Source: an uncultured Acidobacteriaceae bacterium
Lineage (GTDB): Bacteria; Acidobacteriota; Terriglobia; Terriglobales; Acidobacteriaceae
Direction: 5' to 3'
NCBI GenBank assembly: GCA_963792495.1
Contig: CAWBWB010000005.1
Span: 273,747 to 337,746, forward strand
DNA: 64,000 nucleotides
The notes beneath the pieces were generated by a model. That model saw only the letters and a program-made list of their open reading frames with translations, had not been told where the DNA came from and ran no database searches. Both the position numbers and the translations under genes were made by a program. Below, piece by piece: positions 47,762 to 57,193 of this stretch; within the stretch, counting starts at the first letter, position 1, and each line of letters starts with the position of its first letter.

Positions 47762-48798
47762 ATCCCTTGTCTCGTTCTCGGCGGAGCCGTTGAACCGCGC
47801 ACCACAAGCGTGCAGCCCACCGACAATCGCATTCCGCGTTTATCAATCCTGCCTCTCATATGATCCAGCGCGTGGATGCACTTTTGCGCCAACTCACTTG
47901 GAGAAACAGCCACCGTTGTCAAAGGTGGATACATGGCAGCCCCCAGTTCGATTCCATCGAATCCGACGATCGACATCTCATCTGGAATTTTTACGCCCGC
48001 TGCATGCAGCGCCCGCATTGCGCCAATCGCCGTGAGGTCGTTGGCGGTCACGATAGCCGTGGGCTTTCGACCGGATCGAAGCAGTGAGCGAATTGCCGCA
48101 TCGCCGCCGTTCACTCGATAGTTTCCGTTACGAACAAAGTCGTCCTGGCACTTCAGGCCGGCAGCCTGCATCGCCCGTTCAAATGCGCGGCGCCGCACAC
48201 GCGAGGTATGAATTCCATCCTCCCCGCCAATAAAGCCAATCTGCTTGTGCCCAAGCATGCGCAGATGTTCCACGGCCTGCCGGTAGGCATCCTCAAAATC
48301 GATTGCCACGTCGCTCGTACCTTCCAGCACATGCCGCCGATCGATGGTCACAATCGGAATCCGATGGTCGAACAGCGGTTCAATGACTCTTGTATCCACT
48401 TCAGAGGCCATGATCAGCACGCCATCCACGCGCCGCATCAACATTCTGCGTACTGACCGGACAAATTTTGCTTCATTGGATTGCGTCGTCGCAATGAGTA
48501 ACTCGAAGTCTTTCTCCACCAGCATTTCTTCAAAGCTATGAATGAATTCAGGAAAAAATGGGTTCGTCAGATCGGGAATAATCACGCCGTACGTCTTGCT
48601 GCGGCCGTACTTTAATGTTGTGGCGCTCGGGTTCGGAATGAAGTTCAACTCATCCATGACGCGGCGCACCCGTGCCGCCGTCTCTTCCTTTACCGGACCG
48701 GAACTATTCAGAACACGCGAAACTGTGGCGCTCGACACGCCCGCCCGCTGCGCGACGATGGACATATTGAGAGGAACCTGTTCGCGCTTTGATCTCAT
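47746..48798 (-). CDS. LacI-family transcriptional regulator
   Basis: VAQRAGVSSATVSRVLN HTH; NPFF, NDLTAIG, SIVGFD. Confidence 0.95.
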   Translation of the reverse strand: MRSKREQVPLNMSIVAQRAGVSSATVSRVLNSSGPVKEETAARVRRVMDELNFIPNPSATTLKYGRSKTYGVIIPDLTNPFFPEFIHSFEEMLVEKDFELLIATTQSNEAKFVRSVRRMLMRRVDGVLIMASEVDTRVIEPLFDHRIPIVTIDRRHVLEGTSDVAIDFEDAYRQAVEHLRMLGHKQIGFIGGEDGIHTSRVRRRAFERAMQAAGLKCQDDFVRNGNYRVNGGDAAIRSLLRSGRKPTAIVTANDLTAIGAMRALHAAGVKIPDEMSIVGFDGIELGAAMYPPLTTVAVSPSELAQKCIHALDHMRGRIDKRGMRLSVGCTLVVRGSTAPPRTRQGIQYQK

Positions 48799-49230
48799 AG
48801 TTGCCGCTGGAGAAAGCCGCCCGGATCTTGCTGGAGAGCACCTCTGCTCGCGTAAGTATAGAGCCGACGGCTCAAAAGCCAGCAGAATACAATGCAATTC
48901 CTCGTCGAGGTAGTACCCACACACCGCAGAAATATGAAGTACGATCCAGCTTCAGCACGCCGCTTCTTCGGGAACTCGCAACAAGGTAAATGCAGCCCCC
49001 CGATCCAACGTTTCATCGACTGAGCCTGTTGCCTTGTGGGAAGCAGATTCCACGAAGTCACGAAGAGCGGAGTCTTCCGCTACACAGGGAGCGTTTCGGA
49101 GGGCACTCAGGATGCCGGCACAGCTGCTGCCTTCACGTATGAGCTCGATTGTGGGCTGGGCTTTAGGGGAGAACGCTGTATCGGCAATTATATACTTGAC
49201 AAATCAAGTCAGGTCTCCTATTCTTAATAC

Positions 49231-50202
49231 ATGAGAGCACCCAAGACACTTCAAGAAGCCATCATCTACTTCGCAAATCCCGATAACTGCGTTGCCTACA
49301 TGGTTGACCATCGCTGGCCGAACGGCGTTGTTTGCCCGACATGTGGACGCCGGGATGTGACGTATCTGGCGACTCAGAAGAAGTGGCAGTGCAAGAGCGC
49401 CCATGCCAAGCGCCAGTTCTCCGCTAAGGTTGGAACGATCTTTGAAGATTCGCCCCTTGGACTTGAAAAGTGGCTTCCGGCAGTGTGGTTGATTGTGACC
49501 GCAAAGAACGGCATCAGCAGCATGGAGATTCACCGCTCCTTGGGAGTCACCCAAAAGACAGCATGGTTCATGCTCCATCGGATTCGTGAGGCCATGAAGA
49601 ACGGTTCCATCCTTAAGATGGGCGGAAACGATATGGGGCCGGTAGAGGTTGACGAGACCTTTGTTGGACCCAAGCCCCAGAAGATGCACCGCGAGCGCCG
49701 CCTGCGGATGCAGAGCGCAGAGAAGGGCAATCAGAAGACCATCGTCATGGGAATGCTGGACCGCGAAAGCCGCCAAGTTCGCGCCAAGGTGGTTCCCGAT
49801 GTGAAGCGCGAAACTCTTCAGTCGGAAATCCTGAAGCAGATTGAGAAGGGCTCTACCATCTACACCGATGGTTACCCCGCCTATGACCGGCTCGCCGCAC
49901 AAGAGTACATCCATGCGACCGTAAACCACATTGAAGAGTATGTGCGTGGGCAGGTCCACACTCAAGGCATAGAGAATTTCTGGTCGCTTCTGAAGCGGAC
50001 CTTGACCGGCACCTACGTTGCTGTTGAGCCTTTTCATCTTGATCGCTATGTCACCGAACAGGTATTCCGCTACAACAACCGCGCTACCAAGACCAACCCT
50101 CTCACCGATGCGGATCGGGTTGCCCTGCTTCTCTCACAAGTCGCAGGCCGTCGCCTCACCTATGCCGAGGTCACCGGCAAGGTTGGAGAAACGATCAACT
50201 AA
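49231..50202 (+). CDS. tnp: IS1595-family DDE transposase
   Basis: Zn-ribbon CPTC...C..H, HTH, VEVDET, YTDG, HTQGIENFWSLLKR. Confidence 0.95.
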   Translation: MRAPKTLQEAIIYFANPDNCVAYMVDHRWPNGVVCPTCGRRDVTYLATQKKWQCKSAHAKRQFSAKVGTIFEDSPLGLEKWLPAVWLIVTAKNGISSMEIHRSLGVTQKTAWFMLHRIREAMKNGSILKMGGNDMGPVEVDETFVGPKPQKMHRERRLRMQSAEKGNQKTIVMGMLDRESRQVRAKVVPDVKRETLQSEILKQIEKGSTIYTDGYPAYDRLAAQEYIHATVNHIEEYVRGQVHTQGIENFWSLLKRTLTGTYVAVEPFHLDRYVTEQVFRYNNRATKTNPLTDADRVALLLSQVAGRRLTYAEVTGKVGETIN

Positions 50203-50402
50203 CCCTTGGCGCTTGAAACGAGGCCGGAAGCGGAAGGTTGAACCTTAGCCTTCCGCCCCCGCTTGCGTTCGCCCCTGGCCGCGCGCTCCGCTGTGTTGGC
50301 CTGTACCTTCGCATCTACATTCGCCTTCACCGTCGCAGGATCGGCGCGAAGGATTGTGGCCATTGCGTCGTTGAATTGGTGGAATTCTTGACTCGTTTTC
50401 AT
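50199..50402 (-). CDS. Small basic passenger protein (67 aa)
   Basis: ATGA-coupled to the upstream DUF3800-like gene; convergent overlap with the transposase stop. Confidence 0.65.
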   Translation of the reverse strand: MKTSQEFHQFNDAMATILRADPATVKANVDAKVQANTAERAARGERKRGRKAKVQPSASGLVSSAKG

Positions 50403-51304
50403 TGCTTCACCTTCTTCGGCTTGAATGTAGCGCGCTTCGCTCTCTTCTTCACATGGCTCGGGTGCGTTTCAAAGAACTTCTTCGCAACAGTATCGATGAA
50501 TTTGAAACTCGACGGATTCACTATCCAGCAATGGTTTAGATCGTGGCCGCTCACTAGCGCAGCGGTGACGCCATCGCTGGAATAGTATCGCTCGAAAGTG
50601 TTCAATCGGGTCCGAGCGAGCCCGTTGTCAAGACTTGGGAAGGCAATGTGCGCACTGCGCACGCAACGCTGGACAATTCCAGCGACCAGATCGGCTGGCT
50701 GGAGTAATGTCGTGCACTTGGGTTCAAAGCTGAATCCTCGAAGCCCGCTCAGTGTGCTTGTCTTGTCGTCAAGATCGGCACATATGTTCATGATCTCGTG
50801 TTCTCGATCACCCTTTTCGAATACATAGTTTACTTTTTGTTGCTGTCTTTTCTCATTTATCAGCATGGTCTCGACGAATGCAAAGGCCGCATAAGCACAC
50901 CCTGAAAACGCCGGTCCAATTTCATTCGCATACGCGACTTCATTGAGTGTCTTATTGAAGGCAGCCACCTCTAGAGACGCACTTACGATGCAACAACCGG
51001 GCCGGTTCACTATCGCCGCGAGCCTTTTGAGAAAGTCTGCTCGCTTGGTCTCATTCCACCCACGAGACCCCAATTTGCAATGGTTGGTTCCGAAGTCCTT
51101 CAGGTGGAATATCTGACCTCCGGTGGCTAGTTCCCAGTCTCGCTCAATGTCCTCGCAGATAGCGGAATCTGCCAAAAATCCCCCGACAGTTATAACGGGG
51201 CAATCGTTCTCATCCCCCGACTTGTCATAGTACACACGGAGAGACACAAGGATTCCCTTCCGAGAGCGACCGAAGGCGATACTCGCCAATTCACGGGCGC
51301 TCAC
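50399..51304 (-). CDS. DUF3800-like (RNase H-fold) passenger protein
   Basis: N-terminal VYYDKSG and late LLQPADLVAG, the two acidic motifs of this family. Confidence 0.7.
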   Translation of the reverse strand: MSARELASIAFGRSRKGILVSLRVYYDKSGDENDCPVITVGGFLADSAICEDIERDWELATGGQIFHLKDFGTNHCKLGSRGWNETKRADFLKRLAAIVNRPGCCIVSASLEVAAFNKTLNEVAYANEIGPAFSGCAYAAFAFVETMLINEKRQQQKVNYVFEKGDREHEIMNICADLDDKTSTLSGLRGFSFEPKCTTLLQPADLVAGIVQRCVRSAHIAFPSLDNGLARTRLNTFERYYSSDGVTAALVSGHDLNHCWIVNPSSFKFIDTVAKKFFETHPSHVKKRAKRATFKPKKVKQ

Positions 51305-51378
51305 AGCACACCCCCTTCACACTCTTTTGGAGATGATTCGTCAAGTATATATTTGCCGCTGTATCTATCTGAAAATAA

Positions 51379-51456
51379 TGGTAGGCACGATTGGACTCGA
51401 ACCAACGACCTCTTCCGTGTCAAGGAAGCGCTCTAACCAGACTGAGCTACGCGCCT
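51379..51456 (-). tRNA. tRNA-Val(GAC)
   Basis: Reverse-complement cloverleaf AGGCGCG/CGTGCCT, loop TTGACAC, TTCGAGT, encoded CCA. Confidence 0.97.
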
Positions 51457-51593
51457 GTGCATACCATGTTGCCGTTCGTATAAGGTGGAAAACGGCCTGA
51501 AACCTAGTTTATCAGCATTGCCGTCTGGAGCAAAATCCGGCAATCCCTCTGCCACGCACACCATGTAATATGGTCCTTGCCGAGCCGCCTGCA

Positions 51594-52211
51594 ATGTCAG
51601 ATCAAGCAAGCGCACCCATCACCAACCCGTTGCGCGCCGCGCCTAACCTGCTCACGCTGGCACGCATTTGTCTGGCCCCGTTTCTTGTTGTGGCCGTGCT
51701 CGAAAACCATTTTGTCACCGGGCTGGCCCTCTTCATCGCGGCGGGGCTCACGGATGCCTTTGATGGGCTTCTCGCAAGATGGCTCAAGCAGCGCACGACA
51801 TTGGGCGCGTACCTCGATCCAGTAGCCGACAAGCTGCTCCTCAGCACGCTCTTTCTCGTGTTCACGCACAAACGCTTGATCCCCGTGCGGATCACGGTGC
51901 TGGTCTTCAGCCGCGATCTTGGCATTCTCATCGTGGCCGCCATCCTCTATGCCTCGGTGGGCCGGCGGGAGTTCAAGCCCAGCCTTCTGGGCAAAGCCAA
52001 TACCGTTGCGCAGATTGTCGCCATCGCCGCCGTGCTTCTCGCGCAGGTCGATGGCCGGCAATGGGTCTCGCAGCTGAGCATGGTGGCGCTGGACGCAACC
52101 ATGGCGCTGACCATTCTCTCCGGCCTGCATTACGCCTGGACGGTGAGCCGCAAAACACCGCACGTCGCAGGCAATAACGGTCACGGCGCGCCGGGAAAAG
52201 GCCCAGGCTGA
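51594..52211 (+). CDS. CDP-alcohol phosphatidyltransferase (PgsA / cardiolipin synthase-like)
   Basis: PNLLTLAR; TDAFDGLLAR......G..LDPVADK. Confidence 0.92.
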   Translation: MSDQASAPITNPLRAAPNLLTLARICLAPFLVVAVLENHFVTGLALFIAAGLTDAFDGLLARWLKQRTTLGAYLDPVADKLLLSTLFLVFTHKRLIPVRITVLVFSRDLGILIVAAILYASVGRREFKPSLLGKANTVAQIVAIAAVLLAQVDGRQWVSQLSMVALDATMALTILSGLHYAWTVSRKTPHVAGNNGHGAPGKGPG

Positions 52212-52238
52212 ATCAGCCGTACACGCCAGGCCCATCCA

Positions 52239-52403
52239 TCAGGATTCCGCGTCCGCTTCTTCGGCTTCCGCGCTCTCCTCGATCGCCATATCTTGAAATT
52301 CTTCCGAATCGAAAACCTCGCCACACTCCAGGCATTCGACAAATTCCGTATCTTCATGCCGCGATACAACGCGGACTCTAGGGTGTTTGCAGATCGTTGC
52401 CAT
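52239..52403 (-). CDS. Small acidic putative zinc-binding protein
   Basis: CKH...ECLECGEVF followed by an acidic tail. Confidence 0.65.
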   Translation of the reverse strand: MATICKHPRVRVVSRHEDTEFVECLECGEVFDSEEFQDMAIEESAEAEEADAES

Positions 52404-52909
52404 AGTTCCCGGGTACGTAATTTGATTTGTTTGGTTCATTTTCGAGGAGTTTTTGTGCGCCGGAAAGTGAAGCGCGGTTCTCCCAGGGTGCAGACGCTAC
52501 CGCAAATTCCAAAATCATCTTTGCGCCCGATTGTAGCGAGTGTTTGCGCAATTGAAAACGGGATTTTGGTGAAAAAATGCATTCCCGCGGCGTGTTTCTC
52601 TTCTAATGGATGGCCCACTCACTTCACACGCCGCCGGAAATCATCCCTCCTTTCTGAAGTCCAGAAAAAACGCCGGATTTTCGCGGATCACCACAAGGTG
52701 TTGATCCCGCAAAGTCCTTTGTATTTTGCCGCTTGACAAGCGAATTCAAGCAAGCCTATAGTTCGGGTCGCAAATTAAACCACCCCTCCGGCAGGCATTG
52801 GCGGCAACGCGTAAATGTGTCCGGCGAGTGGTTCGTGCTCGTATCGAAGCGGTTCAGGCGCGGGACAGCGCTGCCGCAAGGCAAGTATGGGAACTTCAGG
52901 GAGGCAGTT

Positions 52910-55900
52910 ATGACAGGGAAGGCATTCCGCAGTATTGGCAACATTCGTCTGTTTCGCCACACCGTATTCGCAATGTTGGCAGCGGCCTTGCTGTTCTTAG
53001 TCGCCAGCAGCGCTCATGCTCAGGTTCTCTACGGCTCCATCAGCGGCGCGGTCACAGACAAAACTGGCGCCGTTGTGCCCAACGCGGCCATTACGCTTAC
53101 CAGCCAGGACACCGGCTCTACGCGCAGCACAACAGCCAGTGCTGACGGCTCCTATAACCTACTCGATGTTCTGCCGGGAAATTACTCGGTAGCCGTGCAG
53201 GTAAGCGGTTTTGCCGCATACCGGGTCCGCGACGTTCACGTAGAAGTCAACGCGAAGGTCCGTGTGGATGTAGTCCTGCAGCCTGGAGCCGTCACAACGG
53301 AAGTTACCGTCACCAGCTCTGCAGCTGCCACGCTGCAAACGGAATCTGCCGAGGTCAACTCCGAGCTCACGCAGACGCAGATCGGCTCGCTTCCCATCAC
53401 CTCCAGCGCCGGCCGCAACTATCAGGCGCTCTACACCATCATCCCCGGCGCATCCGCCGTGCAGGAGAAGAACTCCACCTCGGCCAATCCCTCGCGCTCC
53501 ATGTCCGTCAACATCAACGGCAACTCTTACAACGGCAACACCACCCGCATTGACGGCGCGGTCAACTACTACGGCTGGCTGCCCTACATCATTGCCTACG
53601 TTCCGCCGGCTGACGACATCGAAAACGTCAGCTTCACCACCAACGCCTTCAACCCCGAACAGGGCCAGGCCGGCGGCGCAGCCATCAAAATCAGCACCAA
53701 GAGCGGCACCTCGCATTTCCACGGCAGTGCATGGGAGTACTACCAGGACGCCGCCATCAACGCCAAGCCCTACACCTATATCGCCAAGGGCACGCCCCCC
53801 AAGTTTGTCTTCCACGAGTTCGGCTTCAACGTTGGCGGACCGGTTTACATTCCTCACATTCTCACCAGCAAAAAGAAGCTCTTCTTCTTTGAGAACTTTG
53901 AGCGCACCACGCAGCGCAAGCTCATCACAGGCACCTTCTCCGTGCCTGACACCAATATGCTCGGCGGTGACTTCTCAGAGATTCAGGACCTCACACTGAC
54001 AGGAGCGCCCACCAGTTCCACCATTCTGTACGATCCGCAACCCGGTGGCACAGGCCCCTTTCTCTCCCCGGCAAACCGCACCACCACATTCCTTTCCGAG
54101 TACGGCTGCAACTGCATCCCGAAATCGCGCCTGTCCGCTCCGGCAGCCACCATGCTGGCACTTCTGCAACCCATCTCCAGCAGTCTCGGCACTCCCTCCA
54201 CAAGTCTGTTAGAGGGCCAGCTGCAAAACAACTTTGACGCCATCGGCACCTACGCCTACACCAAGACATCGTCTGACTCCAAGATCGATTACGTTGCCAG
54301 CGACAACAGCCATCTCTTCGGCAAGTACTCCATTGAGCCCTTCAGCATCCTCGATCCGCAGGCCCTCGGCGCGGCTGGCGGAGCCACCATGGATGGAGGT
54401 CAGCCAGGCAATACCGGCGGACGCGTGCAGAATATCGGCCTTGGTTATAGCCGCGTCTTCGGCCCCAGCCTCGTGCTCGATGCGGACTTCGGCTACACCC
54501 GCCAGAACAGCGGCGCGCAATCCACCATCGATCTCGCTGATAAGGACTTCGGCACCGATGTTCTCGGCATTCCCGGAACCAATCAGCCCGTCGGTGACGT
54601 CAGCGCTCCCAAGCCCGACTATTACGGTCAGCCCATCTTCTCTACTAACAACCTCTTCTCCACCCTGGGCAACGCACAGACCGCCAACCCCTTCCACTTC
54701 CGCGACAATCAGTTCACAGGCGATGTCAACCTGAGCTGGGTCGTGCGTCGTCACTCCACCAAGTACGGCTTCACCTACTACCACTTCGATCTCAACCACT
54801 TCCAGCCCAACCTTGGCAGCGGCGTCTCCAACCCGCGCGGCGGCTTCCAGTTCAACGGACAGATGACCAACACCGGCACCAATCCGGTCAACTCCTACAA
54901 CGCCCTGGCCGATTTCCTCCTCGGGCTGCCGAACAACGGTACCGGCTCTGCCGTCTCCAAGGCCGAGCAATCCCTCGATCCCAACTCGCTCCGCTGGACT
55001 ACCTTTGGTGGTTACGCGCAGGACACCTGGGAGGTCACGCCAAAACTCACCATGGTCTACGGCGTCCGCTATGAGTACTACCCCACTCCATATAAGGACC
55101 ACACCGGCATCTATCTCGTGCATCCTGAGCTGCCGCAGACCGGTAACGTAGAGATCGGCGGCGTCGCCGGCAATCCTGAGGCCGCGGGCCTCAAGGTAGG
55201 CTGGGGCAACTTCGTTCCCCGCTTCGGCCTCAACTATCGCATGACGCCTAAGACCGTCGTCCGCACCGGCTTCGGCATGACCACTGACCCGGACAGCTAC
55301 CGCGTCATCCGCGATGCCTATCCCGGCTCCATCACTGTCAGTTACTCCGGCACCGGCAACGGTACGCTCCCCGTCGATCCGGGCAATAACAATTCCCCCA
55401 TGACGCTCTCCTATGGCATTCCGGGAATCTCCTATCCCAGCTTCGCCTCCGGATTCGTTGCATTGCCTGTGGCCGCCAGCACGCAGACCGTGCCGCTCAA
55501 TTATGATCGCGGCTACATCATGAGCTGGAACCTCATTCTCGAACGCGAACTGCCCGGCGGCTGGATCGGCAATATCGGCTACGTCGGCACGGAATACGTC
55601 CGCCAGCCGGCCACCGTCACGCCGTACAACTCCGCGCCGCTGCCGTCCTCTTCCACGCCCTGCATGGCCAACGGCAAGTACAACCCCAGCACCGGCCTTA
55701 CCGGCAACTGCAGTTTCCAGGACAACACCATCATCAACCAGCAGTGGTGCGCAGGAACCACCAATCTCGCCTGCTATAACACCGGCGGCATCAACCTCAA
55801 CAAGCCGCAATTCCGCTCTTTCTATAACGGCCTGCAGTCGCAGCTTCGCAAGAACGCCGGCAAGAACACTTCCATCGGCCTCACCTACACCTTCTCCAAG

Positions 55901-56635
55901 GCCATCGATTTTGAAGACAACGGAGCAGGATCCGGCTCAGGTGGAACCGTCTTCAACTATCCCGCCTACTACCAGTACAACCGCGCTCTTGCCGGCTACG
56001 ACATCAAGCACAACCTGCAGATCTACACCGTCTACAGCCTGCCCTTCGGCTACGGCCAGAAGTGGGCCAACCACGGCGTAGCCGCGTGGATCGTCGGCGG
56101 CTTCCGCCTCAACGGCCAGTTCAGCCACCAGAGCGGCACGCCCTTCTCCGTCTTGGCCAGCTCCAACCTCCTCGGCAACCTCGCCCCCGGCATCGGCAGC
56201 ACTTACGCGCAGCTCGTCAAGCCCTATCACCAGCTCGGCGGCCACAATCGCGGCTCCGCCGGCGGCACGGCTCTCAGCGGCGGCAAAGGATGGTTCGATC
56301 CCACCTCCTTCGCCAATCCCAGCATCGCGGCCACTGCGGACAACATGACTCCGCCCTGGCCCAACACCTACCGCAACGAGTTCCGCGGACCCGGTGCATC
56401 CAACTTCAACGCCAGCATCTTCCGCGCCTTCCACATCTACCGTGAGAGCGAGTTCACCTTCGGCATGGAAGCTTTCAACGTCTTCAATCACGCTCTCCTC
56501 TACGGCACCAACTCCAATGTCCCGGTCAACACCGTAGGCAACGGAAACTTCGGCAACATCACCACCTTCGGCCAACCCTACTCACCCACCCTCGGAGCAA
56601 GAAGCCTCCAGTTCAACGGGCGCTTCAACTTCTAA
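52910..56635 (+). CDS. TonB-dependent receptor (Oar-type)
   Basis: GRNYQAL, DDIENV, HEFGFNVGGP, C-terminal ARSLQFNGRFNF; promoter TTGACA-18bp-TATAGT at 52733-52762. Confidence 0.93.
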   Translation: MTGKAFRSIGNIRLFRHTVFAMLAAALLFLVASSAHAQVLYGSISGAVTDKTGAVVPNAAITLTSQDTGSTRSTTASADGSYNLLDVLPGNYSVAVQVSGFAAYRVRDVHVEVNAKVRVDVVLQPGAVTTEVTVTSSAAATLQTESAEVNSELTQTQIGSLPITSSAGRNYQALYTIIPGASAVQEKNSTSANPSRSMSVNINGNSYNGNTTRIDGAVNYYGWLPYIIAYVPPADDIENVSFTTNAFNPEQGQAGGAAIKISTKSGTSHFHGSAWEYYQDAAINAKPYTYIAKGTPPKFVFHEFGFNVGGPVYIPHILTSKKKLFFFENFERTTQRKLITGTFSVPDTNMLGGDFSEIQDLTLTGAPTSSTILYDPQPGGTGPFLSPANRTTTFLSEYGCNCIPKSRLSAPAATMLALLQPISSSLGTPSTSLLEGQLQNNFDAIGTYAYTKTSSDSKIDYVASDNSHLFGKYSIEPFSILDPQALGAAGGATMDGGQPGNTGGRVQNIGLGYSRVFGPSLVLDADFGYTRQNSGAQSTIDLADKDFGTDVLGIPGTNQPVGDVSAPKPDYYGQPIFSTNNLFSTLGNAQTANPFHFRDNQFTGDVNLSWVVRRHSTKYGFTYYHFDLNHFQPNLGSGVSNPRGGFQFNGQMTNTGTNPVNSYNALADFLLGLPNNGTGSAVSKAEQSLDPNSLRWTTFGGYAQDTWEVTPKLTMVYGVRYEYYPTPYKDHTGIYLVHPELPQTGNVEIGGVAGNPEAAGLKVGWGNFVPRFGLNYRMTPKTVVRTGFGMTTDPDSYRVIRDAYPGSITVSYSGTGNGTLPVDPGNNNSPMTLSYGIPGISYPSFASGFVALPVAASTQTVPLNYDRGYIMSWNLILERELPGGWIGNIGYVGTEYVRQPATVTPYNSAPLPSSSTPCMANGKYNPSTGLTGNCSFQDNTIINQQWCAGTTNLACYNTGGINLNKPQFRSFYNGLQSQLRKNAGKNTSIGLTYTFSKAIDFEDNGAGSGSGGTVFNYPAYYQYNRALAGYDIKHNLQIYTVYSLPFGYGQKWANHGVAAWIVGGFRLNGQFSHQSGTPFSVLASSNLLGNLAPGIGSTYAQLVKPYHQLGGHNRGSAGGTALSGGKGWFDPTSFANPSIAATADNMTPPWPNTYRNEFRGPGASNFNASIFRAFHIYRESEFTFGMEAFNVFNHALLYGTNSNVPVNTVGNGNFGNITTFGQPYSPTLGARSLQFNGRFNF

Positions 56636-56656
56636 CCACATTCCTCCCACCAGAAC

Positions 56657-56687
56657 AAAAGTGGCGGCTCATCCGAGCCGCCGCTTT
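56657..56687. terminator. Bidirectional intrinsic terminator
   Basis: AAAAGTGGCGGCTC-ATCC-GAGCCGCCGCTTT. Confidence 0.8.
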
Positions 56688-56719
56688 GTTTGATCCTCTA
56701 CAGAAACCAATCAGCCAGT

Positions 56720-57193
56720 CTAAGCACTCTTCGCCAGCCGGCTGATTCCATAAGACACCGGCAATCCAAACACAACCATGTGCATCCCCAGTCCCAACGC
56801 CAGCCCGCGAATGCTCACCGGATCTGTCTGATGGAACGCACAGAGCGGCAGCACCACCAGCGTCATAAACAGGTGAACGTAGCCTCCAAAACAAAGGCCG
56901 CACACTAGCGGATACTCGGTCATAAATTTCAGCCTGCGGCTCACCGCATAATAGAAGGCCGCAAAACTTAAAGAGATCAGCACATGCAGCAGCACCCCCA
57001 GCGTGTAATAGCCGGCGCCACCCTGCAGAGCCTTGTCGCCAATCAATCCGTCAGCAATCACCAGGATAATGTCGTGCCCAAACAAGATGGTGGCTTGCAG
57101 CAGATCGAGCGTCGCGCCCGCAATGCCGGCCACCCCGATTGCCAGCAAAGCCCGTTGGATGTTGCCTTTTTGTGCCTCTACAGATTCCGTCAT
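56720..57193 (-). CDS. Four-TM hypothetical membrane protein
   Basis: Hydrophobic helices with conserved-looking G..LH..IS and H...FG.P. Confidence 0.75.
   Translation of the reverse strand: MTESVEAQKGNIQRALLAIGVAGIAGATLDLLQATILFGHDIILVIADGLIGDKALQGGAGYYTLGVLLHVLISLSFAAFYYAVSRRLKFMTEYPLVCGLCFGGYVHLFMTLVVLPLCAFHQTDPVSIRGLALGLGMHMVVFGLPVSYGISRLAKSA

Larger units (their letters stand above)
49183..51357 (+). mobile_element. Complete IS1595-family element (2175 bp) with two passenger genes
   Basis: 24-bp TIRs GGCAA(T/A)TATATACTTGAC(A/G)AATCA at 49183-49206 and 51334-51357 (22/24); 8-bp TSD GCTGTATC at 49175-49182 and 51358-51365. Confidence 0.95.

Noticed and set aside
23117-51378. Prophage or ICE
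   Set aside because: No integrase, structural, replication or conjugation genes, and no distal att repeat found
52763-52909. c-di-GMP riboswitch in the TonB receptor leader
   Set aside because: GTCGCAAA and CCTCCGGC words are present, but the P2 GGCAAAC..GAAA arm and spacing are missing
54209-55810. 533-aa - strand ORF
   Set aside because: Antisense shadow of the TonB receptor
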